Below the pieces are notes generated by a model, which saw only the letters and a list, made by a program, of their open reading frames with translations, had not been told where the DNA came from and did no database searches. Below, piece by piece: positions 28,600 through 38,847 of a stretch of 64,000 bases of DNA. Every line of letters starts with the position of its first letter. The stretch's first letter is position 1. The position numbers and the translations under genes are program-made. The DNA comes from a virus (taxonomy: Duplodnaviria > Caudoviricetes): positions 1 through 64,000 of IMG/VR virus record IMGVR_UViG_3300021958_000023; one strand, 5' to 3'.

Positions 28600-28806
28600 T
28601 TAAAAATTATTATAAATTGTAGTTGCCCTGTCGCTAAATGCTATATTATAAACCTCTTCAAACCCGTCTTCTCGCATATAGGCTTCTTCGTTATGCCAGA
28701 GTCGCTTAATATAGCCATCATAACTAGTATAGGCTATATGGTCAGAAGTAATATAACCTTTGACCATATAGAATATTCTGTGCATCTCTTTATGACTAGT
28801 CTTCAT
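28600..28806 (-). CDS. Hypothetical phage protein
   Basis: FYMVKG...SYDGY.KRLW.NEEAY.REDGFEE motif. Confidence 0.6.
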   Translation of the reverse strand: MKTSHKEMHRIFYMVKGYITSDHIAYTSYDGYIKRLWHNEEAYMREDGFEEVYNIAFSDRATTIYNNF

Positions 28807-29500
28807 ATATCTCTAACACCTCACGCACTACAGGATGACGCTCAATATCTGCATGACTAAACTCAAGATACTTAATATAGTCTGTTGCTCCATAAGAAAC
28901 TAGACGATCCATAAAGTGAGCTAGCCCATTATTTTCAAATCCATTGTCTGCCTGATCTAGATCACCAGTTAAAATAAACTTTGATCCTTCGCCTAGTCGA
29001 GTAAGTAACATTTTTACTTGTTCGCGAGTTGCATTTTGCATCTCATCAGCAATTACCCAACAGTGTTTAAAAGTTCTGCCTCGCATATAAGCAAGAGGAG
29101 CTACTTCGATCTTTTCTTCTTTCATAAAATACTCCATCTGTTGACGAGAAAAGTAAGAAGCTAAAATATCAGTAATTGGCTTCATCCACGGATCCATCTT
29201 TTCTAGTAAATCGCCTGGTAAGTATCCGTGTTCTTCATCCACTGAAACAGCTGGTCGTGTTATCACAATCTTATCAAACTGTCTATCAGTAAACTCTTCT
29301 GCTCCTTTAGATACTGCTAGTAGGGTTTTACCTGTTCCACTCGGTCCTGTAGCTACAATAACATGAGTATGTATATCGTTCATTAAATTGATATATTCTT
29401 GTTGCTTTTCGTTTTTTGGCGATATAGTTACTTTTTTACTAGGACGAATAGTTGCTAGTTCTGTATCTACTATTTTGATAGAAGCATTTCTTTTTGTCAT
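28796..29500 (-). CDS. phoH: PhoH-family ATPase
   Basis: GPSGTGKT, ITRPAV, GYLPG, AYMRGRTF, DEMQN, LTRLGEGSK; AAGGAG RBS before ATG 29500. Confidence 0.95.
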   Translation of the reverse strand: MTKRNASIKIVDTELATIRPSKKVTISPKNEKQQEYINLMNDIHTHVIVATGPSGTGKTLLAVSKGAEEFTDRQFDKIVITRPAVSVDEEHGYLPGDLLEKMDPWMKPITDILASYFSRQQMEYFMKEEKIEVAPLAYMRGRTFKHCWVIADEMQNATREQVKMLLTRLGEGSKFILTGDLDQADNGFENNGLAHFMDRLVSYGATDYIKYLEFSHADIERHPVVREVLEIYED

Positions 29501-29518
29501 AAATTTCTCCTTAAAGTC

Positions 29519-29549
29519 AAAAAAATAGAGGTCGTCAAGACCTCTATTT
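29519..29549 (-). terminator. Terminator-like hairpin upstream of the phoH RBS
   Basis: AAATAGAGGTC-TTGAC-GACCTCTATTT plus T-run. Confidence 0.65.
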
Positions 29550-29604
29550 ACTACTATTTTCAGTAGTCTTTTAATTGCTTTTCTGTCTTTTTTAGACTGA
29601 ACAC

Positions 29605-30102
29605 TCATGTACTATTCCTTAAATAGTCTAACACATAAGTAGCACTTGATAGTTCAAATGGATCATCTGAAGTATTATCAGATTTTCCTGATTCAATGAA
29701 TGATTTAGTAATATTCATTCCCTCAGTAATAATAGCGTATCTCCAAGAACGGTAACCAAATCCTTTATCAGATTTATTAACTAACATACCCATTTGGCGA
29801 GTAAACTCAGCGTTACCATCTGGAATCATTTTAATATTTGAAATACCTAATTCTTTTGCCCAAGCGTTCATCACAAAAGAATCATTTACAGATAAACAGT
29901 AGATATTTTCAATTCCATATCCTTTAAATTCATCATATAGTAAGTCAAACTGTGGTAAGTGAGTTGATGAGCAAGTAGGTGTAAATGCTCCTGGAAGTGC
30001 AAGCATAATGTTCCTGTCTACAAACATCTCATCTGTAGTTTTTTCTGTCCACTCTCCGTCCTCTCGAATTTTGAATGTTACACTAGGTAATCTCGTTATC
30101 AT
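29605..30102 (-). CDS. Peroxiredoxin (Prx5-like)
   Basis: LPGAFTPTCSSTHLP, SVNDSFVMNAW, RSWRYA. Confidence 0.93.
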   Translation of the reverse strand: MITRLPSVTFKIREDGEWTEKTTDEMFVDRNIMLALPGAFTPTCSSTHLPQFDLLYDEFKGYGIENIYCLSVNDSFVMNAWAKELGISNIKMIPDGNAEFTRQMGMLVNKSDKGFGYRSWRYAIITEGMNITKSFIESGKSDNTSDDPFELSSATYVLDYLRNST

Positions 30103-30256
30103 TATCCCCCTCCTTTCTAAGTTCTTCAATTTGTTTATGGAGATTTTCTATCATATGCTTAAAGGACTGAGTTTCAATCTCTAATCTCAGTAGTTTTTCT
30201 TTAATTTCTTGCATATCTTCTTTAAGTGTATTCATTTTGTAACCTCTTGTCCAGTA

Positions 30257-33121
30257 TTATCCTACTCCAGGTGCTCCGTAACCATATCCGTAAGAAGTAG
30301 AAGCAGGAGTTAATTCTGTAGTACTATCTGCTGATACATATCCAGACGCAAAAGGAAATCTTTCAATACGACCACCAGAAGTAAGCGTAAATCCTGAGTA
30401 TTTACCACTAACAGCAGTTCCAGCAAACTCTGTATCACGAGCTGAAGGAGAGAAAAATCCATTATTTCGTAGAGTTCCATACCACCTATCTCTAAGTTCT
30501 CCATAGCCGACAGATTTTTGACCGCTAGCAAGAGGTATAGTAGCAAAACCAGTTTGATCTTGGTCTGAAGTCATAACATAGCCATTAGTACTCCATGCTA
30601 AAAGTTGTCCGGACACAGGATATTCTGCTAAGTCAGTTTTAGACACAGAGGTAGAGCCTGAAGCTCCTGTAAATTTAGTCACGTGATCATAATCTACGTT
30701 TCCAGCATTTGCTGGGTATTCAGAGCGTCCAGCTATAACATACCCATAGTCCATACTAGCACCTGAAGCTCCACTCATACGAGCTGTATCAATATTATTA
30801 GGTTCTGTAGCTGTAGCTTCAGAAGGAAACGCAAAACGTTCCATAGTATTTACCGCAGTCTGGGATCCGGTGATTCCTCCAGTCCAACCTCCTCCTACAT
30901 AACCTTGATTACTTACACCTAGTGAGAATCCAAAATGGCCAGCACGCCCTGTTGAAAGAGTTGCAACAGACGAAGTAATTGAAGTAGAAGGAAATACAAA
31001 ACGAGAAATAGCAGTTTGCATACCTTCATCTGTAGAACCAGGAACAAATAGCCCATATCCTCCAGCTGAATAAGCATAATTAGTGTTATCTGGAGAAATT
31101 GTTACAGCATGATTAGTAAATGTTTGAGTCTGCCCTAGTGTTCCTGGATCAACTGCTACCCCTGATGATGAAACAAGAGGAAAATAGGTTACTTTTTGAG
31201 TTTTATTTGTCTGAAGCGGTGTAGGGGTTAATGCAGGACCTCCTCCAATAGATGCTCCATAACCAGAAGCTGCAGGGGGTTCCATGTGATTAGTAGCAAA
31301 ACTATTAGGGTCAGTATAGGCCGGTCCTGTAGGAGGATAAGCGTGCCATTTTGAAAAATAAGTGTGTCCAGAAGAAGGAACTGAGATACCATTAGCAGAG
31401 TGTTGTCCTGGTTGGGTTGGCGAAGTATATTCTGAATAGTTTGTAGAAGGTATAGTGCCAGGAGTACCATTGAATCTAACCCATGCAAAACCTCCTCCTC
31501 CTAATTCTGAATAAGTAGGAGTATTTACTACAGGAAAAGGACTATGGTTAAAAGCTTCATGACCAGGAAAAGTCGCTGCTCCAAAACTTAAAGCACTTCC
31601 ATCATAGTAAATTTTTCCATAGGCAGAGGGAAATGCAGGAGCTTTCCAGTTTCCTCCATATCCTTTGTTAACAGTTAGAGAACCGCTTCCTGGATACGCA
31701 GGACCTTGAATAGGTACAAAACCAGGTAATCCTGGTACAGTAGAAGTGTTAGGAACTGTTATTGAATAACCTACGGCACCAGCGCCGTGCATAGCCCCAA
31801 AAGTTCCTGGCCATGCAGATATAGGCCTATTATGCTCTAAACTGGTACCTGCATACCCATCTCCACTATTTGTATGAGTTGGAGACCTAGCATCAGTGCC
31901 TGTAGTAACAGAACCACCAGCGCCCCCATCTCCTGCTGTTGCATACCCGAGTGCGTACATAGCTCTGTCAGCATTAGATAGTTGTGCTGGTTCTGTGGTT
32001 GTGGAAGGAATTGGAACTGTAGGATTAATAGGATGATCCCAGCCAGATCTTGTATACCCTTTTTGAAGCCAGTTTAAAGTAGTTTGAGGACCATTGGTTG
32101 CTCCTGAATAACTAGAAGTTGAGGGAGATGATATAGGAATATAGGTTGAAGGTAAACCAGCAGGAGATCCTGGAGCCCCGCCAGTAACTAGTCCTCCACT
32201 TCCTCCAACAGCTCCTCCTCCTGCTACGACATAGTTAGTTCCACCAACGTTAACTGTTGTTGTTCCTCCAGAAGTTGTAGTAGCTTGCCCTACAGTAATT
32301 GTAACTGGGGTTGAAGGAGTAACAGGTATAGTAGTAGGATAGTAAGCTATGGCTCCTGCACCTCCCCCACCTGCTCCAGACATATCAACTTGATAAGCGT
32401 AGTGAGGCCACCACCAATAACCAGAATCATAAGAAAAAGGAGACTCACCACCACCAGTACCATCTCCTCCAGTATTCATATAAGTTCCAGTTGCTCCTCC
32501 TGCACCAACAGCAGCATAAACATGCATAGTACTAATACCTTGACCAGCAATAGCCCCAACAGTAGAGTTTATAGGAGAATCATATACATAATCAGCTGTA
32601 GGAGCCTTTTTATAGGCTGTATCTGATCCAATAGAGTTGATACCAGTACCAAAACTATTAATACCACGAACTACAAATTCGTGTAGTGTGCCTCCAGGAG
32701 TTGAAGGAATTGTGACAGTTGCTGAAGTAGAAGTAATTGGAGAGCCAAGATAATCAGTAGAAATATAAGTATACGCATCAGTAGAAGGAGAAGGTCTCCA
32801 ACCGACCTGCCAAGTATTAGCTGATTCACCATCTGTATCTGCTGTCCAAGATACATCAATGCCATCAAATACTGCTGCAGCTGTAGAGGCTGTTACAGAG
32901 GGTGCACCGTGAACTGTCGCGCGAAGATCATAAAAGTTTGAAAGAGAAAGCTCCCCAGAAGAAGGGATAGTAGCGCCTGGACCACCACCTAGGCGTTCTC
33001 CAGCTGCTACAACAGAACCGCCAGCATAATAATCACCAAGAGATCCTGGAGCTGTACGAACAGGAGAATAGAGATTTTGAAGATCGGAAATCGAAATTTC
33101 CCCAGAGGTGGGTGTTGCCAT
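30257..33121 (-). CDS. Tail adhesin: fibre-tip N-terminus, FnIII domain, Gly-rich segment, C-terminal propeller
   Basis: MATPTSGEISISDL...LSLSNFY; VSW...FVVRGINSFGTG; GGGGAG runs; RFAFPS/RFPFAS repeats. Confidence 0.7.
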   Translation of the reverse strand: MATPTSGEISISDLQNLYSPVRTAPGSLGDYYAGGSVVAAGERLGGGPGATIPSSGELSLSNFYDLRATVHGAPSVTASTAAAVFDGIDVSWTADTDGESANTWQVGWRPSPSTDAYTYISTDYLGSPITSTSATVTIPSTPGGTLHEFVVRGINSFGTGINSIGSDTAYKKAPTADYVYDSPINSTVGAIAGQGISTMHVYAAVGAGGATGTYMNTGGDGTGGGESPFSYDSGYWWWPHYAYQVDMSGAGGGGAGAIAYYPTTIPVTPSTPVTITVGQATTTSGGTTTVNVGGTNYVVAGGGAVGGSGGLVTGGAPGSPAGLPSTYIPISSPSTSSYSGATNGPQTTLNWLQKGYTRSGWDHPINPTVPIPSTTTEPAQLSNADRAMYALGYATAGDGGAGGSVTTGTDARSPTHTNSGDGYAGTSLEHNRPISAWPGTFGAMHGAGAVGYSITVPNTSTVPGLPGFVPIQGPAYPGSGSLTVNKGYGGNWKAPAFPSAYGKIYYDGSALSFGAATFPGHEAFNHSPFPVVNTPTYSELGGGGFAWVRFNGTPGTIPSTNYSEYTSPTQPGQHSANGISVPSSGHTYFSKWHAYPPTGPAYTDPNSFATNHMEPPAASGYGASIGGGPALTPTPLQTNKTQKVTYFPLVSSSGVAVDPGTLGQTQTFTNHAVTISPDNTNYAYSAGGYGLFVPGSTDEGMQTAISRFVFPSTSITSSVATLSTGRAGHFGFSLGVSNQGYVGGGWTGGITGSQTAVNTMERFAFPSEATATEPNNIDTARMSGASGASMDYGYVIAGRSEYPANAGNVDYDHVTKFTGASGSTSVSKTDLAEYPVSGQLLAWSTNGYVMTSDQDQTGFATIPLASGQKSVGYGELRDRWYGTLRNNGFFSPSARDTEFAGTAVSGKYSGFTLTSGGRIERFPFASGYVSADSTTELTPASTSYGYGYGAPGVG

Positions 33122-35547
33122 TACTTGTCCTCAATTTGAGCTTTTAGTTCTTTTATAGCTTGAATCAGTAGAGGAACTACTCGACCATAGTCTACAGATA
33201 GATAACCATCATCCCTTTCTTTTACTGCTTCTGGTAATACTTCTTTCAATTCTTGTGCTATCACACCAACATCATGACCTTTTAGATGTCCATAGTGAAG
33301 ACCTGCTTCGGAAGCATCCCAATCAAATTCAACACCTTGTATTTGATCTATTTTATCAAGCGCAGAATCAATAGATTTTACGTTGTGTTTCAAACGGTAA
33401 TCTGAAGTATTAAATGCCGAAACATCGCCACCTGCATGAATTGCTCCTTCAACTCCTAAACCACCTTGTGTGATAATTATTGCACCTGTATCTTTAGAAG
33501 TAGATGCGGTGGTGTTTGTTACAGAAAGAGAATCAGATTCAAGAGAAGTGAAGTTACCAGTTCCTTGTGATGCAGCACCAATATTAGTTCCATCAATTGC
33601 ACCGCCATTAATATCTACAGTAGAAATAGTAACTGTTGTACCGTTAAATGTAAATGTAGAAGCGTCTTGTAATTCACCATTAGTACCGGCATAAACAACT
33701 CTTCCAGAAGTTAAGTCTGCAACATTAGCTGAAGCTACTTTTAGTTGAGTTCCTTGTTTAATATGAACATCACCACTTCCATTAGGCGATAAAAGTATAT
33801 CACCATTTGTGTCTGTAGAGCTTATAGTTCTGCCATTAAGTTGTAATTGATCAACACGAATGTCTGTGGCAACAGAGCTAGTACCGATAGTAACACCATC
33901 AATAGCACCCCCATTAATATCAACAGTTTGAGCAGTAAGAGTTGTTCCATTAAAAGTTAAATCTGCGTCAGTTACAAGCTCACCAGAAGTTGTTGTATAG
34001 ACAACTCTACCACTAGTTTGTCCAGTTACAAACACATTTGGAGATCTCAAATCTCTTTGTGGTAAAACATCTCTAGCATAAACATCTTGATAACCAGTAA
34101 CTGAAAGAGATCCTGCAGCTGTACCATCATCAGTAGTGCTAAAAGCAGCCCAACCATCATTTGCTTCATCCCAGATCCATGCCATATTGTCTACAGAAGG
34201 ACGATAAACTAGTAATCCTGCATCATAACTAGCAGGAGCAGACTGATTATTAGCAATAACAATAAAAGGATCTTGTACTAAAAGGTTAGTAGCATCAGCT
34301 GTAAAAGTAGAACCCTGAACTGTGAAATCACCTTGAACAAGCACATCTTGTTCAAAAGTTTTATCAACAGTAAAGTTTTGCGAACCTGAGTGAATAGCTG
34401 TAACATTGTCTTGAACAGTGTTTAATGCAGTCTTAGTAGCAAATGTAGTGTTAGCATACGATCCTGCAGTGTCTACAACTGCTCTTACAACTGTTACATT
34501 ATTTTGAACTGAGTTTACATTAGCAACTTGATCAGTGTGTAGAGTATCAATTCTTGAACCAATTGGAGTTAGATTACTTTGAACACTATCAATATTAGTA
34601 TTCGCTGTTGACGCAAAATAGTCTAAGTTTGCCTTAACAAGATTGATAGATGTATTAGCAGAATCTAAACCAAAGGTTAAAGAGTTTAAAGTTGTATTAG
34701 TAGTAGAGGCATAGTGATGTAAGTTAATCTGAACTTTACCTGCAGCAACATCTTGAGATAATGTTGCCCCTACAATAACAAGATTACCGTTAATTCTTAA
34801 GTTACCATTAATTTGAAATTGAGTATTAGGAACAATACCGCCAGGACCAATAATGACTTGGTCTCCAACCTCATCATTAGCTACATATCTGAAACCATTA
34901 TCACCAACAGTTAACGACTCAGTAATAGTAACAGTATTAGCTCCTTTAATAGCTCCATACATTGTAATATTTCTAAGCTGACTTGCAGGAGATCCTATAT
35001 CCATATAAGATTGAAGAACCGTGATTCCATAATCAGGATCAAAACCATATGTACCAAAATTACGATCTGGAATAATAGAACTATTGGCAGTTAGTATACG
35101 ATTATATTTATAACCATCGCTAAAAAATGCCGCACTATGTGCATGATCTACAGCAAAGTAACCATTATAAGTATCAGCAGGTGGAAAAGCATTATTACTG
35201 GTGAAAGCTGTGCCAAATATCATACGAGCAGTAGTAACAAAAGCGTTACCGTTGTCAGTGATAAATGTCAAACCACCAGTAGAAATTGAGGCATTATTTA
35301 GAATAGGACTATCAATAACAGGAGATCCATTAATTCTAGTTCCAGGGCTCATGTATAGATTTGCATTAATAGTAGCAGGCACACCAATAGGCTCATTAAG
35401 AGTAAGCCCCTCAATGGTTACTGTTGTTATATTTACATTTGATAGACTGGTTTGTACAGTTGCATCACTGATTCCAAGGTTATCTATAGCCCCAGAAATA
35501 TTGTTTGAACCTGTACCACCCAAGGAAACGGGAATTATGGTTGCCAT
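33121..35547 (-). CDS. Long tail fibre protein with C-terminal peptidase S74 intramolecular chaperone
   Basis: DINGGAIDG repeats; SDYRLKHNV...GVIAQE...VDYG..VPLLIQAIKEL; GAGG RBS before ATG 35547. Confidence 0.88.
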   Translation of the reverse strand: MATIIPVSLGGTGSNNISGAIDNLGISDATVQTSLSNVNITTVTIEGLTLNEPIGVPATINANLYMSPGTRINGSPVIDSPILNNASISTGGLTFITDNGNAFVTTARMIFGTAFTSNNAFPPADTYNGYFAVDHAHSAAFFSDGYKYNRILTANSSIIPDRNFGTYGFDPDYGITVLQSYMDIGSPASQLRNITMYGAIKGANTVTITESLTVGDNGFRYVANDEVGDQVIIGPGGIVPNTQFQINGNLRINGNLVIVGATLSQDVAAGKVQINLHHYASTTNTTLNSLTFGLDSANTSINLVKANLDYFASTANTNIDSVQSNLTPIGSRIDTLHTDQVANVNSVQNNVTVVRAVVDTAGSYANTTFATKTALNTVQDNVTAIHSGSQNFTVDKTFEQDVLVQGDFTVQGSTFTADATNLLVQDPFIVIANNQSAPASYDAGLLVYRPSVDNMAWIWDEANDGWAAFSTTDDGTAAGSLSVTGYQDVYARDVLPQRDLRSPNVFVTGQTSGRVVYTTTSGELVTDADLTFNGTTLTAQTVDINGGAIDGVTIGTSSVATDIRVDQLQLNGRTISSTDTNGDILLSPNGSGDVHIKQGTQLKVASANVADLTSGRVVYAGTNGELQDASTFTFNGTTVTISTVDINGGAIDGTNIGAASQGTGNFTSLESDSLSVTNTTASTSKDTGAIIITQGGLGVEGAIHAGGDVSAFNTSDYRLKHNVKSIDSALDKIDQIQGVEFDWDASEAGLHYGHLKGHDVGVIAQELKEVLPEAVKERDDGYLSVDYGRVVPLLIQAIKELKAQIEDK

Positions 35548-35634
35548 CAGTACCTCACAAAAATTCTTGTATAGTGTCATAATACAAGAATTAATCAGGT
35601 TTGGCAATTGGTATTTTTGCTAATTTAGGTATTA

Positions 35635-36156
35635 CTACCTATAAAATATATGGTCATCGATAACAGTGGTTATCTTTTTTTCTTCAGCCCAGTCAGGAGA
35701 TACATAATTAGCATGGTAGTGAGTAGAGCCTTCAGTAAAGTCAAACATATCAGATTTTAGAAATGATCTGATAGTTTCTTTTATCTTCTCATATACAACC
35801 TCGTCTTTAATAGTATCTCTCATACCGTCACAGTACCAAGAAAACTGACAACGATGTCTAATAGGATAGTATACTCTCTCAGAGTCATCTAGTGAAGAGT
35901 CTTTTTTAGTTTTCCAACTTTCTTTAACAGGGCCTTGCAGTATAACTTCACAGACCTCGTTTGGAAAATGTTCACTTTCAACTCTATTAAGGACAACTAG
36001 TACTACCGCTAGTTGTCCTGCTAAAGACTGATTTTTAGCCTCAAAATAAGAATTAGTCGCTAAACAATCTAAATCATTAGTTAGTTTGGGTTCGCTCGTC
36101 GCGTTTGCCTCTCCAATCATGGTTAGGAGCATCAGCGCGCTCAATGTCATCCTCAA
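35635..36156 (-). CDS. Cell wall hydrolase (SleB/Hydrolase_2)
   Basis: CLA.N.YFEA.NQ..AGQ.AV..VV.NRV, CQFSWYCDG, GSTHYHA.YV.P.W, HIFYR. Confidence 0.9.
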   Translation of the reverse strand: MRMTLSALMLLTMIGEANATSEPKLTNDLDCLATNSYFEAKNQSLAGQLAVVLVVLNRVESEHFPNEVCEVILQGPVKESWKTKKDSSLDDSERVYYPIRHRCQFSWYCDGMRDTIKDEVVYEKIKETIRSFLKSDMFDFTEGSTHYHANYVSPDWAEEKKITTVIDDHIFYR

Positions 36157-36883
36157 TGCATTTATCTCCTTGTTGAACCTCTAAAATAAATAGAGGCTCT
36201 GTTGTAGAGTAGTTACAGAGTTGATGCCAAGCACCTTGAGGAATATCAATAGTTTCATGGGTTTTTAGCACCTCTCCAGGAACTACTTTACTATTATAAA
36301 CATAAGCGGTTCCTTTTACTACATACCAGTGTTCGGATCTGTGCTCATGTCTTTGAAAAGAAAGTTCTTTATCAGGTAAAACATGAAGTTCTTTTACTTT
36401 TACAGACCCGTAGTCTTTTAATACTGTCCATGTTCCCCAATCACGAATACAGTGCTCTCCTGCCCAATTAGACAGTAGATGAGAAGATGATTCTGTTTTT
36501 TCACCTCCTATGTTCCATAGCAGTTCGATATCGTTAACTAAACAATAATCTACTTCAGGAACATTTGTATTTCTACGATCTCCTCCATTTGCAAAATAAA
36601 GATCTGCATCTGTATAGAGTTCTTTCATTTTTTTAAGACCATCTAAAGCAGTACCATCACTATCATCCATAATGATTACGTCGTGTACTCCTTTTATAGA
36701 ATTCATAACATACTCTCTATGATCTTCTGTCATAAAGGGTTTTCCTTTTTTATTACTCAACCATCTATCTGAGTTAAGTAATACAATAACCTTACCATAA
36801 GTAGCCGCATCTTCAATCATTTCTAAATGACCTTTGTGAACAGGGTCAAAACCACCACTTACTGCTATATATTTTTCTTTCAT
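36077..36883 (-). CDS. Cytidylyltransferase fused to a cupin (type II mannose-6-phosphate isomerase-like) domain
   Basis: SGGFDPVHKGH, FANGGDR, RDWG, LSFQRHEHRSEHW, EVQ.G..C.EDDIER. Confidence 0.88.
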   Translation of the reverse strand: MKEKYIAVSGGFDPVHKGHLEMIEDAATYGKVIVLLNSDRWLSNKKGKPFMTEDHREYVMNSIKGVHDVIIMDDSDGTALDGLKKMKELYTDADLYFANGGDRRNTNVPEVDYCLVNDIELLWNIGGEKTESSSHLLSNWAGEHCIRDWGTWTVLKDYGSVKVKELHVLPDKELSFQRHEHRSEHWYVVKGTAYVYNSKVVPGEVLKTHETIDIPQGAWHQLCNYSTTEPLFILEVQQGDKCIEDDIERADAPNHDWRGKRDERTQTN

Positions 36884-36898
36884 ATTTTCCTCTATAGT

Positions 36899-36972
36899 TG
36901 GAGCGGGATACGGGAATCGAACCCGTCTCGTCAGCTTGGAAGGCTGTCATAATACCACTATACCAATCCCGC
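36899..36972 (-). tRNA. tRNA-Gly(UCC)
   Basis: Cloverleaf, anticodon TCC, U73, CCA. Confidence 0.95.
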
Positions 36973-36973
36973 C

Positions 36974-37051
36974 TGGCCTCTGCGGGAGGACTCGAACCCC
37001 CGACCCACGGCTTAGAAGGCCGTTGCTCTAATCCAGCTGAGCTACGCAGAG
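36974..37051 (-). tRNA. tRNA-Arg(UCU)
   Basis: Cloverleaf, anticodon TCT, CCA. Confidence 0.95.
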
Positions 37052-37206
37052 TTAATCTAAGTCTATTATCTCTTCTATCTCTTCAACGATTTCTTTTATT
37101 TCTTCTAGTTGAGTCGGAAGATGAACTATCTCATCTTCACAATATAAAACATCTTTTATTTTTAGTAGTAACTCAACTAATTCTGAATGTTGATGAGGGA
37201 GTAGCA

Positions 37207-37407
37207 TTATTCAAAATAGGTATCAAGAGAGTCTATCATATCATCGTATTTAGACACTAGATCTAATTCTTTTTCAATTTCTTCCATGATATCGCCGTGT
37301 TCTCCAATACCAACAGGATTATTGATCAGAATTTCGATATTAGCTATGTGCTTTTCTAGATGACCTTCTAGATGCTTTCTTGTTGCTCGGAGAAGTATAT
37401 CTCTCAT
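37207..37407 (-). CDS. Conserved T4-like marine phage small protein
   Basis: KH.AN.E....NPVGIGEH.DI; AGGAGG RBS. Confidence 0.7.
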   Translation of the reverse strand: MRDILLRATRKHLEGHLEKHIANIEILINNPVGIGEHGDIMEEIEKELDLVSKYDDMIDSLDTYFE

Positions 37408-37542
37408 TTTAGTCCTCCTTAGACCAGTCATATAATTTTTTTGTAACACTATAAGTATAGTCATATATTGCTAACATATGAATTAGTATAACAAAAAGAA
37501 ATATAATTAGCAAGAATGTTTTCATTTTAAATACCCCATTTC

Positions 37543-38082
37543 CTATATTTTTGTTTCTGCTCTCATACCTGGAACTCCATACTGCCCTCTGAGTAATATA
37601 TTAAAACTAATCGTTTTTCTTACCTTACTAGTTACATTTTGCTTAACAAAATGAGGTAACCAGCTAGGAAATATAATAAGTTTATTAGGTAATGCTTGAC
37701 TAAAAGGTAGTATATTATTGTAACGAGCATTTAACTGAAAACTAGACGCAGCAGGTCGGGGATCAATGAATATTGTAGGTTCTCCGTCTGTTATGTAATA
37801 TATACCACTAAATATAGAGTTAGGATGTACATGAATAGGGTGATCTTTTCCTAAGTCATTTACATTACACCACATTTCTGTAATATCTATTTCATATTTT
37901 GTTTCAACTTGTATGTCTTTTAGTATCTCTTCTACATAGCTTATTATTGTTTCCTGTAGTTTAGTATGAGAAACTGATGCCCCATCTTCTAAGTTAGCTG
38001 ACGAAATAAAATTAAAGTTTTTATCACTAAGAACGTGTTTCCACTCATAAACTATGGTAGGAAAAAGAATATTTTTTTCCAT
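37543..38082 (-). CDS. Putative 2OG-Fe(II) oxygenase (TIGR02466-like)
   Basis: FPT, HVHPNS.FSGIYY, IFPSWLPH.V, R.TISFN. Confidence 0.85.
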   Translation of the reverse strand: MEKNILFPTIVYEWKHVLSDKNFNFISSANLEDGASVSHTKLQETIISYVEEILKDIQVETKYEIDITEMWCNVNDLGKDHPIHVHPNSIFSGIYYITDGEPTIFIDPRPAASSFQLNARYNNILPFSQALPNKLIIFPSWLPHFVKQNVTSKVRKTISFNILLRGQYGVPGMRAETKI

Positions 38083-38083
38083 A

Positions 38084-38632
38084 CTAAACCCTACTTGCAG
38101 CAATCATATTAGGTATTTCTGAAGTAATTGCCATCTTTTTGTGTTTTTTATATTCTAGTTCCATCTTTTCTTGATCAGGTAAAAAAGGATTTAGAAACAC
38201 TTCACGAAGTTCTTTGTAAAACATTTTAAACTCTTTACCGTGTGGTTGAACATAGTGCATATGATGAAATCTTTTATGGTTGTATTGTGCTGCATGAGCC
38301 ATTTCATGAGTGATATGGTGTAATAGTTTATGCTCAAGATTATTAGTAAAGAAACCTCCAATTACAGGATCTTTATCAAATGAAGCATATTCATATACCC
38401 GACGAGGAGCGTCATAGTTTTCATCAGGAATTGCAACACTCATAGCGATTGAAATAACAGGTCCTCCGTTTCTCCATCCACCACGAGAACAACGACGCCT
38501 CTTTGACCAATCAAGTTTACACTCTACAAGTGCAAACTTTTCAGCACTAGAGAATCGAGAATACTTGTGAAACCACTTTTCAATATCATTCACATATTGA
38601 TCTGCTAGTTCATTCCAATGTCTACGATTCAT
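38084..38632 (-). CDS. SprT-like zinc metalloprotease
   Basis: HEMAHAAQ...PHG.EFK. Confidence 0.7.
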   Translation of the reverse strand: MNRRHWNELADQYVNDIEKWFHKYSRFSSAEKFALVECKLDWSKRRRCSRGGWRNGGPVISIAMSVAIPDENYDAPRRVYEYASFDKDPVIGGFFTNNLEHKLLHHITHEMAHAAQYNHKRFHHMHYVQPHGKEFKMFYKELREVFLNPFLPDQEKMELEYKKHKKMAITSEIPNMIAASRV

Positions 38633-38847
38633 TTACCTATATCCTTTACATTATTAGCTGTTACAATAGTATAAGCTCCTTTATTAAATGCAGGAGCAGT
38701 TGGAAATATCTTTTTATCTTCCCCACAGTCAAGACACGTTTTATAACCTAGTTTTCTTCTCTGATAAGAAAACTCCTCACCACAATCTATACAGTATACT
38801 GCAAAATTTTTCTTGCCAATATCTGGTTTTAGTGCTATTATAGTCAT
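38629..38847 (-). CDS. Zinc-ribbon phage protein
   Basis: CIDCG...CLDCG...NKGAY. Confidence 0.65.
   Translation of the reverse strand: MTIIALKPDIGKKNFAVYCIDCGEEFSYQRRKLGYKTCLDCGEDKKIFPTAPAFNKGAYTIVTANNVKDIGK
38813..38841 (+). promoter_or_regulatory. Promoter of the radical SAM operon (leaderless start)
   Basis: TTGCCA-N17-TATTAT ending 6 nt before ATG 38848. Confidence 0.65.

Noticed and set aside
35201-35623. Antisense or alternate-frame short ORFs within long tail genes (also 1836, 5103, 7670, 33470, 56264 and others)
   Set aside because: Fully nested in well-supported genes and lacking motifs or an RBS
36898-37260. + strand ORF MERDTGIEPV...
   Set aside because: Shadow translation antisense to tRNA-Gly and tRNA-Arg
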